DNA of 64,000 nucleotides, taken from positions 233,652-297,651 of the IMG/VR virus record IMGVR_UViG_3300002835_000001; one strand, given 5' to 3'. A program made the position numbers and the translations under genes. The notes beneath the pieces were generated by a model, which was given only the letters and a program-made list of their open reading frames with translations, did no database searches and was not told where the DNA came from. Shown here piece after piece: positions 9,596-19,335 of this stretch. The stretch comes from a virus (taxonomy: Duplodnaviria; Caudoviricetes). Position 1 is the stretch's first letter, and every line of letters begins with the position of its first letter.

Positions 9596-11614
9596 ATGGC
9601 AGTAGATTTTTTTGAAGACGGACCAACGACAAACCCTAAAAGGGGACGTAAAGGTTCAACCACCCCAATCTTAGATAATTTTTCTCGCGATTTAATTAAA
9701 CTCGCGGAAGAAGGAAAGATTGACCCTGTAGTGGGAAGGGATAAAGAAGTGAGAAGAATCGCACAAATTCTTTCTCGTAAAAAGAAAAATAATGCAGTTG
9801 TTGTTGGAGAGGCTGGTGTTGGTAAATCAGCATTAGTTGAAAAACTCGCATTAATGATTGTAAAAGGAGATTGTCCCACAAATCTACTTGACAAAAGAAT
9901 TGTCTCTTTAGATTTAACCTCTTTAGTTGCGGGAACAAAATATCGAGGACAATTTGAAGAGAGGATTAAAGCAATCTTAAATGAATTACAAGAGGCACAC
10001 AATGTTATTGTATTCATCGATGAGTTACACACAATGGTAGGTGCAGGAAATGCCAGTGGAGCAATGGATGCGGCTAATATTATGAAACCCGCATTAGCTA
10101 GAGGAGAGATTCAATGTATCGGTGCAACCACATTCGATGAATTTAAGAAACACATTGAAAAAGATTCTGCTTTAGTTAGAAGATTTCAAAAAGTAATTTT
10201 AAAAGAACCAACTCAATCGGAAACCATTGAAATTTTAAATAACCTCAAAACTTCATATGAAGATTTCCATAAAGTACAATATGAGGATGGTGTGATTGAC
10301 ACGATTGTTAAATTATCGGGTCGTTATATTACTGATAGACAATTTCCCGATAAGGCTATTGATGTTATTGACGAGTTAGGATCTGAAAAAAGGATTTCAT
10401 TACGTGCTCCCGATACAATTGAAAAATTAAAAGGTCAAGCTGATGAGATTAAAGAAAAAAAGATTCTTGTTGTTAAAAATCAGAATTACGAACAAGCGGC
10501 AAAACTTAGAGATGAAGAAAGAAAAATTTTAGATAAACTTGAGGTTGAGAAGTCCAAGTGGATGGAAAAACAAAAGGATAATAAAATTCCTGTTTCTATT
10601 GATGATGTTTATACTATTGTATCTGAAATGACGGGTGTACCAATCACTAAATTAGATTCTAACGAAACTAAAAAGTTATTAAAGATGGAAACCCTATTAT
10701 CAGAAAAGGTTATTGGTCAAGATGAAGCAATATTAAGCATCTCAAAAGCAATTAGACGTAATCGTGTGGGAATTAAAGATGCCAACAAACCAATCGGTTC
10801 ATTTATTTTCTTAGGTTCCACAGGTGTCGGTAAAACACATTTAGCTAAGTCCCTTGCGAATTTATTATTTGGTGATCCCGATAAAATCATTCGTGTTGAT
10901 ATGAGTGAATTTATGGATAGACACAATGTATCCAAATTAATCGGTTCTCCTCCGGGTTATGTTGGTTATGATGAAGGAGGTCAATTAACTGAAAAGGTTA
11001 AGAATAATCCTTTCTCCGTTATCTTATTTGATGAAATTGAAAAGGCACATAAAGATATCTTCAATTTATTATTACAAATTTTAGATGAAGGTCATTTAAC
11101 CGATTCATTTGGTAGAAAAGTTAATTTTACTAATTGTTTGATTATCATGACATCTAATATCGGTGCTAAAAAAGTATCTGAGTTTGGTGGTGGTGTTGGT
11201 TTCAGTACTTCATCAAGTGAAACACAAAAATATGAAGTGAAGAAAACTATGATTCAAAAATCATTGAAGCAACAATTTAATCCCGAATTTTTAAATCGTA
11301 TTGATGATATTGTCTTGTTTAACTCGTTAAATGAAGAATCACTAAAGAAAATTATTGATATTGAAATTGGTAAGTTAAATTCCCGTTTAGTAGATAAAAA
11401 TTACATTGTTACGTTTGATAAAACTGTTATCGATAAAATTTTTGAATTAAACACTCAAGAAGAATACGGAGCGAGACCTTTGAAACGTATCATTCAAAAT
11501 TTATGTGAAGATTTCTTAAGTGAGGAAATCTTAAAGGGTAATATTATTGAGAATTTACCGATTATTTTAAAATATAAAAACGAAAAATTAACAATTGTGA
11601 AAAAAATGTTATAA
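9596..11614 (+). CDS. clpC: ClpC/ClpB-like two-domain AAA+ ATPase lacking the Clp N-terminal domain
   Basis: GEAGVGKS, VFIDELHT, GATTFDEF, QFPDKAIDVIDE, UVR-type middle domain (QNYEQAAKLRDEE), GSTGVGKT, LFDEIEKAH and GARPLKR. Likely start is MAVDFF at 9596. Confidence 0.88.
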   Translation: MAVDFFEDGPTTNPKRGRKGSTTPILDNFSRDLIKLAEEGKIDPVVGRDKEVRRIAQILSRKKKNNAVVVGEAGVGKSALVEKLALMIVKGDCPTNLLDKRIVSLDLTSLVAGTKYRGQFEERIKAILNELQEAHNVIVFIDELHTMVGAGNASGAMDAANIMKPALARGEIQCIGATTFDEFKKHIEKDSALVRRFQKVILKEPTQSETIEILNNLKTSYEDFHKVQYEDGVIDTIVKLSGRYITDRQFPDKAIDVIDELGSEKRISLRAPDTIEKLKGQADEIKEKKILVVKNQNYEQAAKLRDEERKILDKLEVEKSKWMEKQKDNKIPVSIDDVYTIVSEMTGVPITKLDSNETKKLLKMETLLSEKVIGQDEAILSISKAIRRNRVGIKDANKPIGSFIFLGSTGVGKTHLAKSLANLLFGDPDKIIRVDMSEFMDRHNVSKLIGSPPGYVGYDEGGQLTEKVKNNPFSVILFDEIEKAHKDIFNLLLQILDEGHLTDSFGRKVNFTNCLIIMTSNIGAKKVSEFGGGVGFSTSSSETQKYEVKKTMIQKSLKQQFNPEFLNRIDDIVLFNSLNEESLKKIIDIEIGKLNSRLVDKNYIVTFDKTVIDKIFELNTQEEYGARPLKRIIQNLCEDFLSEEILKGNIIENLPIILKYKNEKLTIVKKML

Positions 11615-11725
11615 ATACTTTACTTTTACTCAAAGTTATATATATTTATATCAATGAAGGTTCTCTTTGTCGATTACCTTTTCGTTTTTTATAAGTAAGT
11701 GGGGTTGAACCCACCGAAAGACCTT

Positions 11726-11755
11726 AAACCCCAACAACTCGTTGGGGTTTTTTTT
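11726..11755 (+). terminator. Intrinsic terminator
   Basis: AAACCCCAAC-aactc-GTTGGGGTTT followed by a U-run. Confidence 0.75.
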
Positions 11756-11799
11756 ATTAAATTTTGCGTTACCAAATGTTTTTCGTATATTTACATTAT

Positions 11800-11979
11800 A
11801 TGAAAAAAGTAACATTTATTTTAGCTCTTGGTGTTGTATTAACACTATCAGCATGTGGTTCAGGGTCAACCTCAAAAGAAACAACTGACTCAACGGCAAC
11901 TCAAGTAGATTCTACTTCAATTACCGCAACAGATTCAACAACTGCACAAATTCCAGCAGACAGTTCAGCTGTAAAATAA
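11800..11979 (+). CDS. Small lipoprotein with a Ser/Thr-rich tail
   Basis: MKKVTFILALGVVLTLSAC has a lipobox. The DSTATQVDSTS low-complexity tail is typical of Bacteroidota lipoproteins. Confidence 0.75.
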   Translation: MKKVTFILALGVVLTLSACGSGSTSKETTDSTATQVDSTSITATDSTTAQIPADSSAVK

Positions 11980-12039
11980 GAATTAGGGGTCGGATTAATC
12001 TTCGACCCCCATTTTTAATTTTTTTTAAATCTCTCTCCA

Positions 12040-12468
12040 ATGGATACAAATACAGAAAAACAAGGTGATTTAATACTTCTTAGAGGTGTTCCGGGTTCGG
12101 GTAAAACAACATTCGCTAATGTTATATTACAACAACCAAATAACAACCCACAAGAAATATTGTCTGCGGATGATTTTTTTGAGGGTGAAAATGGTGAATA
12201 TAATTTTGACCCAACAAAATTAAAAGAAGCTCACAACTATTGTCAATTTAGGTGTTCCGAAAGAATGAGACAACAAAAGGTGAGAATTGTGGTTGCAAAT
12301 ACATTTACACAAGAATGGGAAATGGATGAATATTTTAAAATGGCCGAAAGGTACAATTATAGAGTTCATACAATAATTGTAGAGAATAGACATGGTAATG
12401 AAAATATTCACGGAGTTCCAAAAGATAAACTTCAACAAATGAAGAATAGGTTTGAAATTAAATTATAG
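12040..12468 (+). CDS. P-loop kinase (polynucleotide kinase/AAA_33-like)
   Basis: LLRGVPGSGKTT, ILSADDFF, AHNYCQ, VVANTFT and NIHGVP. Confidence 0.8.
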   Translation: MDTNTEKQGDLILLRGVPGSGKTTFANVILQQPNNNPQEILSADDFFEGENGEYNFDPTKLKEAHNYCQFRCSERMRQQKVRIVVANTFTQEWEMDEYFKMAERYNYRVHTIIVENRHGNENIHGVPKDKLQQMKNRFEIKL

Positions 12469-12535
12469 ATGAGTCAATTTATTGAATCTTTTACTAAGTC
12501 AATAAACCCACCACAAAAAACACCAATCAAAAATT

Positions 12536-13741
12536 GTGCTAACTACATTAGAAAAATATTACGAAAATGGTTTGTTACACAAACAAACCCACCCAAATCT
12601 TGACTTAACTATTTGGAATTATTCCCCAAAAGTTCAGTACGAAAGATTATGGGATGAGATTACTTTGCAATGTCGTGGATTGGTAACCAACTCAAAAGGT
12701 GATATTGTTGCAAGACCATTTAAGAAATTTTTTAACTACGAGGAACATAAACCAGAAGATATCCCTAATGAAGATTATGTTGTCTATGAAAAAATGGATG
12801 GTTCGTTAGGTATTCTCTTTTATTACAAATATGAATTAAGTGAAGAGAGAAGATATAATATATGGTTTAATAACAATTATGAAACAGGTATGGAAAGGTT
12901 CTTTGACCCTAACAATTTACCTGATTACGATAATCCATATTATGACCCAACACCAAAAACAAAAGGTGAATGGATATTAGCAACTCGAGGTTCGTTTACA
13001 TCACCACAAGCAATTAAAGGAAAAGAAATACTTGACAGACACGATATTAGTGCGTGGAGAAAAGACAACACATATTTGTTTGAGATTATTTATCCTGAAA
13101 ATAGAATTGTGGTTGATTATAAAGGAGAAGAAAAATTAGTTGTCCTTGGAGCTATTCATACTGAAACTGGTGAAGAAATACCCGATAGTAGTTTGTTTTG
13201 GACACAGGACTCGGGTTTTGAAGTTGTGATGACATATAAAACTTGGGGTGAAACATACGACTTATTAAAAGAAGAAATATCTAAAGATAAAGAAGGTTAC
13301 GTAATAAAATTCAAGAATGGTTTCCGAATGAAAATAAAAGGAGATGAATATGTTAGACTTCACAAAATTCTAACTAACATATCTAATCGTGACATATGGG
13401 AATATCTAAAAGATAATAAACCATTTGATGAGTTACTTGAAAAGGTTCCAGATGAATTTAATGATTGGGTTAAAACCACAATCAGAGATTTAAAATACGC
13501 ATGTTATCAATTAAGAGAACGAGCGGGTAAATTACATGATGGTTTTAGATATGGGAAATTTGGTGACAGAGACCCTGAACCATCTAAAAAAGAATTTGCT
13601 GAATTTGTAAATAAACAACAAAAAGTTTTACATGCAATTATGTTCGCAATGTGGAATGGAAATAATCAAAAAGTTGACGACATAATTTGGAAAATAGTTA
13701 AACCGGAATATTCAAAACCATTTAAGAAAGATGAAAACTGA
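12536..13741 (+). CDS. T4 Rnl1-like RNA ligase
   Basis: Motif I YEKMDGSLG, then ATRGSF, LFEII, EGYV and RMKIKG. N-terminal LQCRGLV and PFKKFFNY. Confidence 0.88.
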   Translation: MLTTLEKYYENGLLHKQTHPNLDLTIWNYSPKVQYERLWDEITLQCRGLVTNSKGDIVARPFKKFFNYEEHKPEDIPNEDYVVYEKMDGSLGILFYYKYELSEERRYNIWFNNNYETGMERFFDPNNLPDYDNPYYDPTPKTKGEWILATRGSFTSPQAIKGKEILDRHDISAWRKDNTYLFEIIYPENRIVVDYKGEEKLVVLGAIHTETGEEIPDSSLFWTQDSGFEVVMTYKTWGETYDLLKEEISKDKEGYVIKFKNGFRMKIKGDEYVRLHKILTNISNRDIWEYLKDNKPFDELLEKVPDEFNDWVKTTIRDLKYACYQLRERAGKLHDGFRYGKFGDRDPEPSKKEFAEFVNKQQKVLHAIMFAMWNGNNQKVDDIIWKIVKPEYSKPFKKDEN

Positions 13742-14216
13742 GAAAAAAAGATTATACTTAGACGATGTTAGAACACCAATTGGAACTGATTGGGTTATTG
13801 TAAGAAATTATGAACATTTTGTTTCTACCATTAGGCTATATGGATTAGAAAATTTTGATGTTATTTCGTTAGACCATGATTTAGGTGATGAGTCTATGGT
13901 TGAATACTATACAAATGTAAAAAATAATTATGTGTTAAATTATGACAATATAGTTGGTGAGAAAACGGGATATGATTGTTGTAAGTTTTTAGTGGCGGAA
14001 AGTATGAGTAAAAAAATACCTTTACCCCAAATTTATGTTCACTCCGCTAATCCAATTGGTAGTGCTAATATGATGGGTTATATTAATAATTATTTAATGA
14101 ATTGTAGTTTACCTCAAACCTGTATTAGAGTTAAAATTGAACACACAATTGATACACCAATGGTACTCTCTCCCGAAGCTAGAAAAGCAAAATGGGATAG
14201 AAGTAACAAAAAATAA
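13731..14216 (+). CDS. Cyclic-phosphate-processing receiver-like domain protein
   Basis: LYLDDVRTP, ISLDHDLG, TGYDCCKFL and HSANPIG. It overlaps the RNA ligase stop. Confidence 0.75.
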   Translation: MKTEKKRLYLDDVRTPIGTDWVIVRNYEHFVSTIRLYGLENFDVISLDHDLGDESMVEYYTNVKNNYVLNYDNIVGEKTGYDCCKFLVAESMSKKIPLPQIYVHSANPIGSANMMGYINNYLMNCSLPQTCIRVKIEHTIDTPMVLSPEARKAKWDRSNKK

Positions 14217-14267
14217 TTTTTTTATTCCGAATTATTATTTATCTTTATAACCTTAAACAAAATAATC

Positions 14268-14618
14268 ATGTCATACACATCAAAAACAAAAACACCCTAC
14301 AAAACAATGCACATTAAAGGTAAGTATACCGATTTTAATGACTTTTATGACATTAATAAGCAATCGATATATGAAAACATTGTCGAGGTCTTTAAAGGGT
14401 TTAAAGAAACCAAAAAACGTGTTCTGTCCCTATATGTTCAGGCTATCATTCAAGGTTTAGAATGGGACACAGAATTTAAGTTTAATAGAAACGAAACAAT
14501 CGTATTATCTAGAGATGTTATTCCTTTTTTTGAGAGCATCGAAGATTACGAAAAATGTGCTGAAATAAAAAATTTATACGAAGACTTGACTAATGAAAAA
14601 ATATTAGTTACAATTTAA
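14268..14618 (+). CDS. Hypothetical protein with a UVR-like C-terminal motif
   Basis: FFESIEDYEKCAEIKNL. Confidence 0.65.
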   Translation: MSYTSKTKTPYKTMHIKGKYTDFNDFYDINKQSIYENIVEVFKGFKETKKRVLSLYVQAIIQGLEWDTEFKFNRNETIVLSRDVIPFFESIEDYEKCAEIKNLYEDLTNEKILVTI

Positions 14619-14651
14619 ATGTATCAGGAGAGAGGTACATTTATTTTTGTC
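14618..14651 (+). repeat. Direct repeat, left copy (pairs with 26370-26401)
   Basis: AATGTATCAGGAGAGAGGTACATTTATTTTTGTC. Confidence 0.8.
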
Positions 14652-14685
14652 ATGTCCCCGTTGGTTTTTATCAATGGGGATTTTT

Positions 14686-16242
14686 TTATAACATCATTCT
14701 TGACCCAATAAGAAAATTACTTAAGAATGGGGAACCTGGTTTGGTATTACCTCCCAATTTATAATTGAAACTAAATCCAAAACGTTTAGTTATTTTATAA
14801 TCAAATGATGACCCCAATAAAAATCCCATATGTCTATTAACTGTCGTTTCTCCGTTTGTACTATTCCAAGCTATTGGTGAAAACATAGTAAACACCTGCG
14901 GTGATACTGTAAGTTTTTTTGAATAAACATATGGCTTCGTCCAAAATGCGATTGCTGAAGATGCTACATTATAATCATATCCTTTTCCATTATTAAGGAA
15001 TAAATTAATGATACCAACATTATAACCAAATGTTCCTTTTTTAGGTGTTGGCTTAATCCAAGTATAACCTAACAAATTCATATAGTTACCAGCAAGATAA
15101 GCAAATGCTGTTCCATATGAATGTATCGCATCTAAATTACCATCTTTTTTCATTGCCATTTTAGTGTAACCACCCGTTAATACTATTTGACTTAAATCAC
15201 TATTCACCACCATACCTGAACTATAACTTTCATCACCCGCCATAGATGATTTACTTACACCCATTGATATCGATACCAAATATCTATTATCGGGCATTTG
15301 AGATGTTGTTAAGTCAGAAGACATTAATAGTGGATTTGTTACCTCATCTTTCTTCTTCTTTTCTTCCTCTTTCTTCTTCTTTTCTTCTTCTTTCTTTTTC
15401 TCCTCCTCTTTTTTGGTTTCTTCTTTCTTTTCTTCCGATTTCTTTTCCTCGGTTTTAGACTCCTCTTTTTTCTCTTCAGTTTTAGTTTCTGTTTTCTTTT
15501 CTTCTGTTTTACTTTCAGTTTTAGTTTCAGTTTTAGTTTCTTCTGTTTTAGTCTCGGTTTTAGTCTCGGTTTTAGTTTCTGACGATGATGAACCACCACT
15601 ACTTGAAGATGATGAACCGCTACTTGATGAAGAACTACTTGCTGGTGGAGGTGATGAAGAACTACTTGCCGGTGGTGGAGTACTTACTGGTGGGGGCGTT
15701 GAAGCACTACTTGCGGCAGATGATGCCGCACCACTTGCTGCACCACTTGCAGATGAACTTGCGGCTGACGATGCTGCAGAACTCGCAGCTGACGATGCTG
15801 CTCCACTTGCAGATGAACTTGCGGCTGACGCAGCACTAGCCGCCGCAGCATCTGATGCAGCTTTAGCCGCCGCAGCCGCCGCAGCATCTGATGCAGCTTT
15901 AGCCGCCGCAGCCGCCGCAGCATCTGCCGCCGCCCTTGCCGCAGCATCAGCCGCAGCCCTTGCTGCCGCTTGTTGAGCTAAGAAAATTGCATCGTCTTGT
16001 GTTGAACATGGTGTTGCAAATATACTATTAACCCATGTTTGAAACGCACCACTACTGATATCTGCTAATGTTACAATTTTAGATTTACCTCTAATAACAG
16101 CAACGGTTGAGTTTTGTCCGAATGGAATAATAACCACATATACCTTTTGATCACACGGATCAATATATGTTTGTGTTATGGTTTGACCAAACGACTCACT
16201 ACAAAAAAATAATATTAGGAGAGAGATAATATATTTTTTCAT
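14686..16242 (-). CDS. Secreted protein with an Ala/Ser/Lys-Glu stalk and a C-terminal beta-barrel-like domain
   Basis: Signal peptide MKKYIISLLILFFCSESFG, then AAAKAASD, SSS and KTE/KEE tracts. The C-terminus has alternating aromatic strands paralogous to 20805-21698. Confidence 0.75.
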   Translation of the reverse strand: MKKYIISLLILFFCSESFGQTITQTYIDPCDQKVYVVIIPFGQNSTVAVIRGKSKIVTLADISSGAFQTWVNSIFATPCSTQDDAIFLAQQAAARAAADAAARAAADAAAAAAAKAASDAAAAAAAKAASDAAAASAASAASSSASGAASSAASSAASSAASSSASGAASGAASSAASSASTPPPVSTPPPASSSSSPPPASSSSSSSGSSSSSSGGSSSSETKTETKTETKTEETKTETKTESKTEEKKTETKTEEKKEESKTEEKKSEEKKEETKKEEEKKKEEEKKKKEEEKKKKDEVTNPLLMSSDLTTSQMPDNRYLVSISMGVSKSSMAGDESYSSGMVVNSDLSQIVLTGGYTKMAMKKDGNLDAIHSYGTAFAYLAGNYMNLLGYTWIKPTPKKGTFGYNVGIINLFLNNGKGYDYNVASSAIAFWTKPYVYSKKLTVSPQVFTMFSPIAWNSTNGETTVNRHMGFLLGSSFDYKITKRFGFSFNYKLGGNTKPGSPFLSNFLIGSRMML

Positions 16243-16243
16243 T

Positions 16244-17083
16244 TTAAAAATTAATACCTAAACCAAAAGTACCATTACTAATAATTGGGTCGTAATCCAT
16301 TTTTATTGTAAAATTTTTATAATCATGTAAAGCCCCTATTTTTATTGTTGTAAAACGATTTGAATATTTTGGGAATGTTATGTAACCATCATCATCTTTT
16401 CCACGATATCTTACAATCTCGTTAACGTTACCCACCATAAAATGAACTCCCGTTCTTTTAACTCTTTTCCCAAAACCAACATAAAATGAGTTTAATTTAA
16501 CTAAATCATCAACAAGTGGAAAATCAACGAGGTCTAATCTTCCATGTGGATAAAAAGTTGACCTATCATGTGTGAAATTATATTCTGTTATGAAATATCC
16601 TTTGTTACCAATTGTAAAGAATCCACCAATTTGTCTATCTGTTGTTTTTTGAATACCAAAACTTATGATAGGTTTTTTTCCTCTAATAGTATCTCTATTA
16701 CCATTATCATAAACATAAATTCTTGCAGGTTGTCTGTAACCCCAATCGTTCCAATATGGCATTGGAGACCAATAATTCCACCCAAAATTAGGTGCTCCCC
16801 ACATGTCCCATCTATTCCATCCCCAATTGTTCCACCCCTGTCCATAGTTATTCCAATATGGGTCTCTGATTACTATATTTGAACCTCGTCTTGGTTGTGG
16901 TTGTGATTCTTGTGGTGGATTGTTTCTCCAACTACTCACATTGTTTTGTTGTGGTATGGATGGTTGAACTCTTGTTTGAGTTGATTGTGTCTGTGATTGT
17001 GTAGGTGGGTTACTTCTCCAAGTTGATATTTGACCAAATAGAAGTGTTGGTATGAATGTTAAAAATACTAATAGAGTCTTCAT
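16244..17083 (-). CDS. Outer-membrane beta-barrel-like protein with a W/N/G/Q-rich N-terminal region
   Basis: Signal peptide, low-complexity WNNYGQGWNNWGWNRW segment, and a C-terminal strand GTFGLGINF ending in Phe. Confidence 0.7.
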   Translation of the reverse strand: MKTLLVFLTFIPTLLFGQISTWRSNPPTQSQTQSTQTRVQPSIPQQNNVSSWRNNPPQESQPQPRRGSNIVIRDPYWNNYGQGWNNWGWNRWDMWGAPNFGWNYWSPMPYWNDWGYRQPARIYVYDNGNRDTIRGKKPIISFGIQKTTDRQIGGFFTIGNKGYFITEYNFTHDRSTFYPHGRLDLVDFPLVDDLVKLNSFYVGFGKRVKRTGVHFMVGNVNEIVRYRGKDDDGYITFPKYSNRFTTIKIGALHDYKNFTIKMDYDPIISNGTFGLGINF

Positions 17084-17159
17084 AAGTTTGTTTTTATATA
17101 AATATAAAAAAAGGGGGTATTACACCCCCTTTTTTTTATCTTAACTCATTAAAATATGT

Positions 17160-17882
17160 TTATTTTGTAAAAATTCCCTTTTTAATCATTCTATCAAGAA
17201 TGTTAGCACAAGCAATATCTAAAGCTTTTTTGGTTGCAGTACTAATTGTTGATTGGTTGAATTTAATTGGGTCAATCGTTGCGTCAGACAAAAGAGTTAA
17301 TTCTCTTTTTGTTGTTGCCTCACCTAAACCCGATCCACCAAATACAACACCAGTTTCCGCGTTTGTAAATCTAACTTGAAGACCAATACGAGTTACCATA
17401 TTATCTTGTACACCATTTTTAAGGTTCACAGTTTCATCTTCAGATACCGAGTAGTCATAACACTCAATGGTTACAAAATACTCAGCCAAATTGATTTTAC
17501 CACGTCCGTCTAACTTATTCTCAGAAATTCCGGATTGAGATGCTTGAAATTGTTTTACCATACGATTCTTAATTTCTGTCTTGTCTTCAGTAAATTTGAA
17601 TCTGTTTAAGTTTTCAAGATATTCCATAGATATATTTGCAACACCCAAACCAACACGTTTTTCTTTTAATTCAGGATACATCTCATACATCTCATCAGAA
17701 ATGCCCGCCTTTAATATTTGAATTGGAATTTGAGGACCATCGTAGTCCATGTAAGCACTTATATCTCTTTTCTTTTCGAAGTCCGCCTTATAGTCTTCCG
17801 TTTTAGTTTTACCTATTGTTTGTCCGTTAACGACAACAGCGCTTAGTAAAAAAACACTTAATAATGTTAATAATTTTTTCAT
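17160..17882 (-). CDS. CsgG/HfaB-like protein
   Basis: Signal peptide, then GVANISMEYLENLNRF, AEYFVTIECYDY, IGLQVRFTNAETGVVF and ATKKAL, following the CsgG-family secondary-structure pattern. Confidence 0.7.
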   Translation of the reverse strand: MKKLLTLLSVFLLSAVVVNGQTIGKTKTEDYKADFEKKRDISAYMDYDGPQIPIQILKAGISDEMYEMYPELKEKRVGLGVANISMEYLENLNRFKFTEDKTEIKNRMVKQFQASQSGISENKLDGRGKINLAEYFVTIECYDYSVSEDETVNLKNGVQDNMVTRIGLQVRFTNAETGVVFGGSGLGEATTKRELTLLSDATIDPIKFNQSTISTATKKALDIACANILDRMIKKGIFTK

Positions 17883-17895
17883 ACATCTTATTTTA

Positions 17896-18156
17896 TTAAC
17901 CTTCTAATTCTTCTTCTTTCTTTTTGTGAGAGAATTTATCCAAAGTATCGGCACCCATTCCAATTCCCGTTATTAACATCACTGCATTTACCAATTCAGG
18001 TGATGGAGCAAAATCCGCGTGAGAGAACGAATTTAATACCATTGTAACACATAGGAACATTGCACCTACCATTGCTATTACCGGCTTAACCGATATTGAT
18101 CCCCTTTCATCTTTGAAAAGTTCGATAACCCATTCTTTAAATTTCATTTTTGTCAA
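17896..18156 (-). CDS. Small two-TM membrane protein
   Basis: Two hydrophobic helices (VIAMVGAMFLCVTMVL and AVMLITGIGMG). Confidence 0.7.
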   Translation of the reverse strand: MTKMKFKEWVIELFKDERGSISVKPVIAMVGAMFLCVTMVLNSFSHADFAPSPELVNAVMLITGIGMGADTLDKFSHKKKEEELEG

Positions 18157-18175
18157 TTTTTAATTTATATTTATT

Positions 18176-18805
18176 TTATCCTTCCATGTGCATTTCTGCA
18201 TTTTCATCTTTTATTTTACCACACTTTAAACATTCCTCAATCCCATCTCCGTCTAAGTCACCCCAAACGTGATCACATTGTCTATGTGCAAAATACATAT
18301 CAATTTTGCCATCCCCGTCGAAATCTATACCATCCATTATACCATCACCATCTTCATCAACTTCAATACCTGTTCTTGGTTGAACGGTTGGTACTTGTTC
18401 AAACGTATCATTTACCTTTTCGGTTTTTGAATTCTCAATAGCTGTTTGAAACGATTCTGGAATTAGTGGAGTATTGTTTGGTGGAGTTACAGGTAAATCG
18501 GCGGTATTGCTTAACGCCGTACCATCTTCCTCATCCATTTTCTGAACTAACATCTTATCCTTATCCGTATCACTAAACCAATAGTCAATAATTTTACCAT
18601 AAGAACCAATAAAGGCTCCCAATAATAATAGAAGAAGTTCTTTCCATTCTCCTTCTATTGCCGATTTATTTAATATAGCGAAGAACATTCCTCCTATAAT
18701 AAACATAAATCCACCCAATACTAATGCGGTGATGTACCATCTTCTGGCCATCATATTACTTAATAAATCTTTAAATCCACTTGGTGTTTCTTTATTTTCC
18801 GCCAT
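18176..18805 (-). CDS. Two-TM membrane protein with DxDxDG calcium-binding-like repeats
   Basis: TMs are followed by IIDYWF. The C-terminus has DEDGDGIMDG, DFDGDGKID, DLDGDGIEE and a CxH...CxxC motif. Confidence 0.7.
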   Translation of the reverse strand: MAENKETPSGFKDLLSNMMARRWYITALVLGGFMFIIGGMFFAILNKSAIEGEWKELLLLLLGAFIGSYGKIIDYWFSDTDKDKMLVQKMDEEDGTALSNTADLPVTPPNNTPLIPESFQTAIENSKTEKVNDTFEQVPTVQPRTGIEVDEDGDGIMDGIDFDGDGKIDMYFAHRQCDHVWGDLDGDGIEECLKCGKIKDENAEMHMEG

Positions 18806-18825
18806 ATTACTTATTTTTTTTTAAT

Positions 18826-18984
18826 TTATGGTCTATTCCAAGACCATCCTTTTTTTCTACCTCTTATTACTAAATAACTACAACCCCCAATAAAAAATGT
18901 TAAAAACATCAATGGAGAATTAAATACAAACATAGCTATCATGCATAATACAATTACTGCTATAAAACTTAATCCTTGTTCCAT
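18826..18984 (-). CDS. Small membrane protein (not in the ORF track)
   Basis: MEQGLSFIAVIVLCMIAMFVFNSPLMFLTFFIGGCSYLVIRGRKKGWSWNRP*, 52 aa, filling the gap between neighbours. Confidence 0.65.
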   Translation of the reverse strand: MEQGLSFIAVIVLCMIAMFVFNSPLMFLTFFIGGCSYLVIRGRKKGWSWNRP

Positions 18985-18993
18985 TTTAATTTT

Positions 18994-19305
18994 TTACCAC
19001 TTAGGAGCCTCTTCCTTAAACTCATCACCTTCTTTTTTCTTAACCGGTTTTGCGGGTTCTTTAACGGTTTCTTTTTCTTTAATAATAACCGTCTTACCAC
19101 CACCCGCTGATTGTTGTTGAGTTTGTGAATTTGTAATGTTTATTACTGGTGCCGCTTGTACTGGTGCTGGTTCTGATTTGTCACCACCACCTAAAAGTGA
19201 GGCTGCCCATACACCACCTGCGGTTACTATGGTACCCACAGCACCGATAAGTGTTTTCTTTAAACCACTCATTGTTCCTTCTTGTTCTTGTGTTTCTTCT
19301 GACAT
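18994..19305 (-). CDS. Single-TM protein
   Basis: LIGAVGTIVTAGGVWAASLL followed by a low-complexity tail. Confidence 0.7.
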   Translation of the reverse strand: MSEETQEQEGTMSGLKKTLIGAVGTIVTAGGVWAASLLGGGDKSEPAPVQAAPVINITNSQTQQQSAGGGKTVIIKEKETVKEPAKPVKKKEGDEFKEEAPKW

Positions 19306-19335
19306 TGTATTTGTTTTTAGTTTATTTTATTAATA

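Noticed and set aside
12469-12603. 44-aa ORF between the kinase and RNA ligase
   Set aside because: It overlaps the ligase start by about 68 nt and has no recognisable features. It cannot be supported.
15339-15976. Several overlapping ORFs and tandem 36-bp repeats that could resemble a CRISPR or VNTR array
   Set aside because: They are shadows of the Ala/Ser/Lys-Glu coding repeats of 14686-16242. There are no unique spacers.
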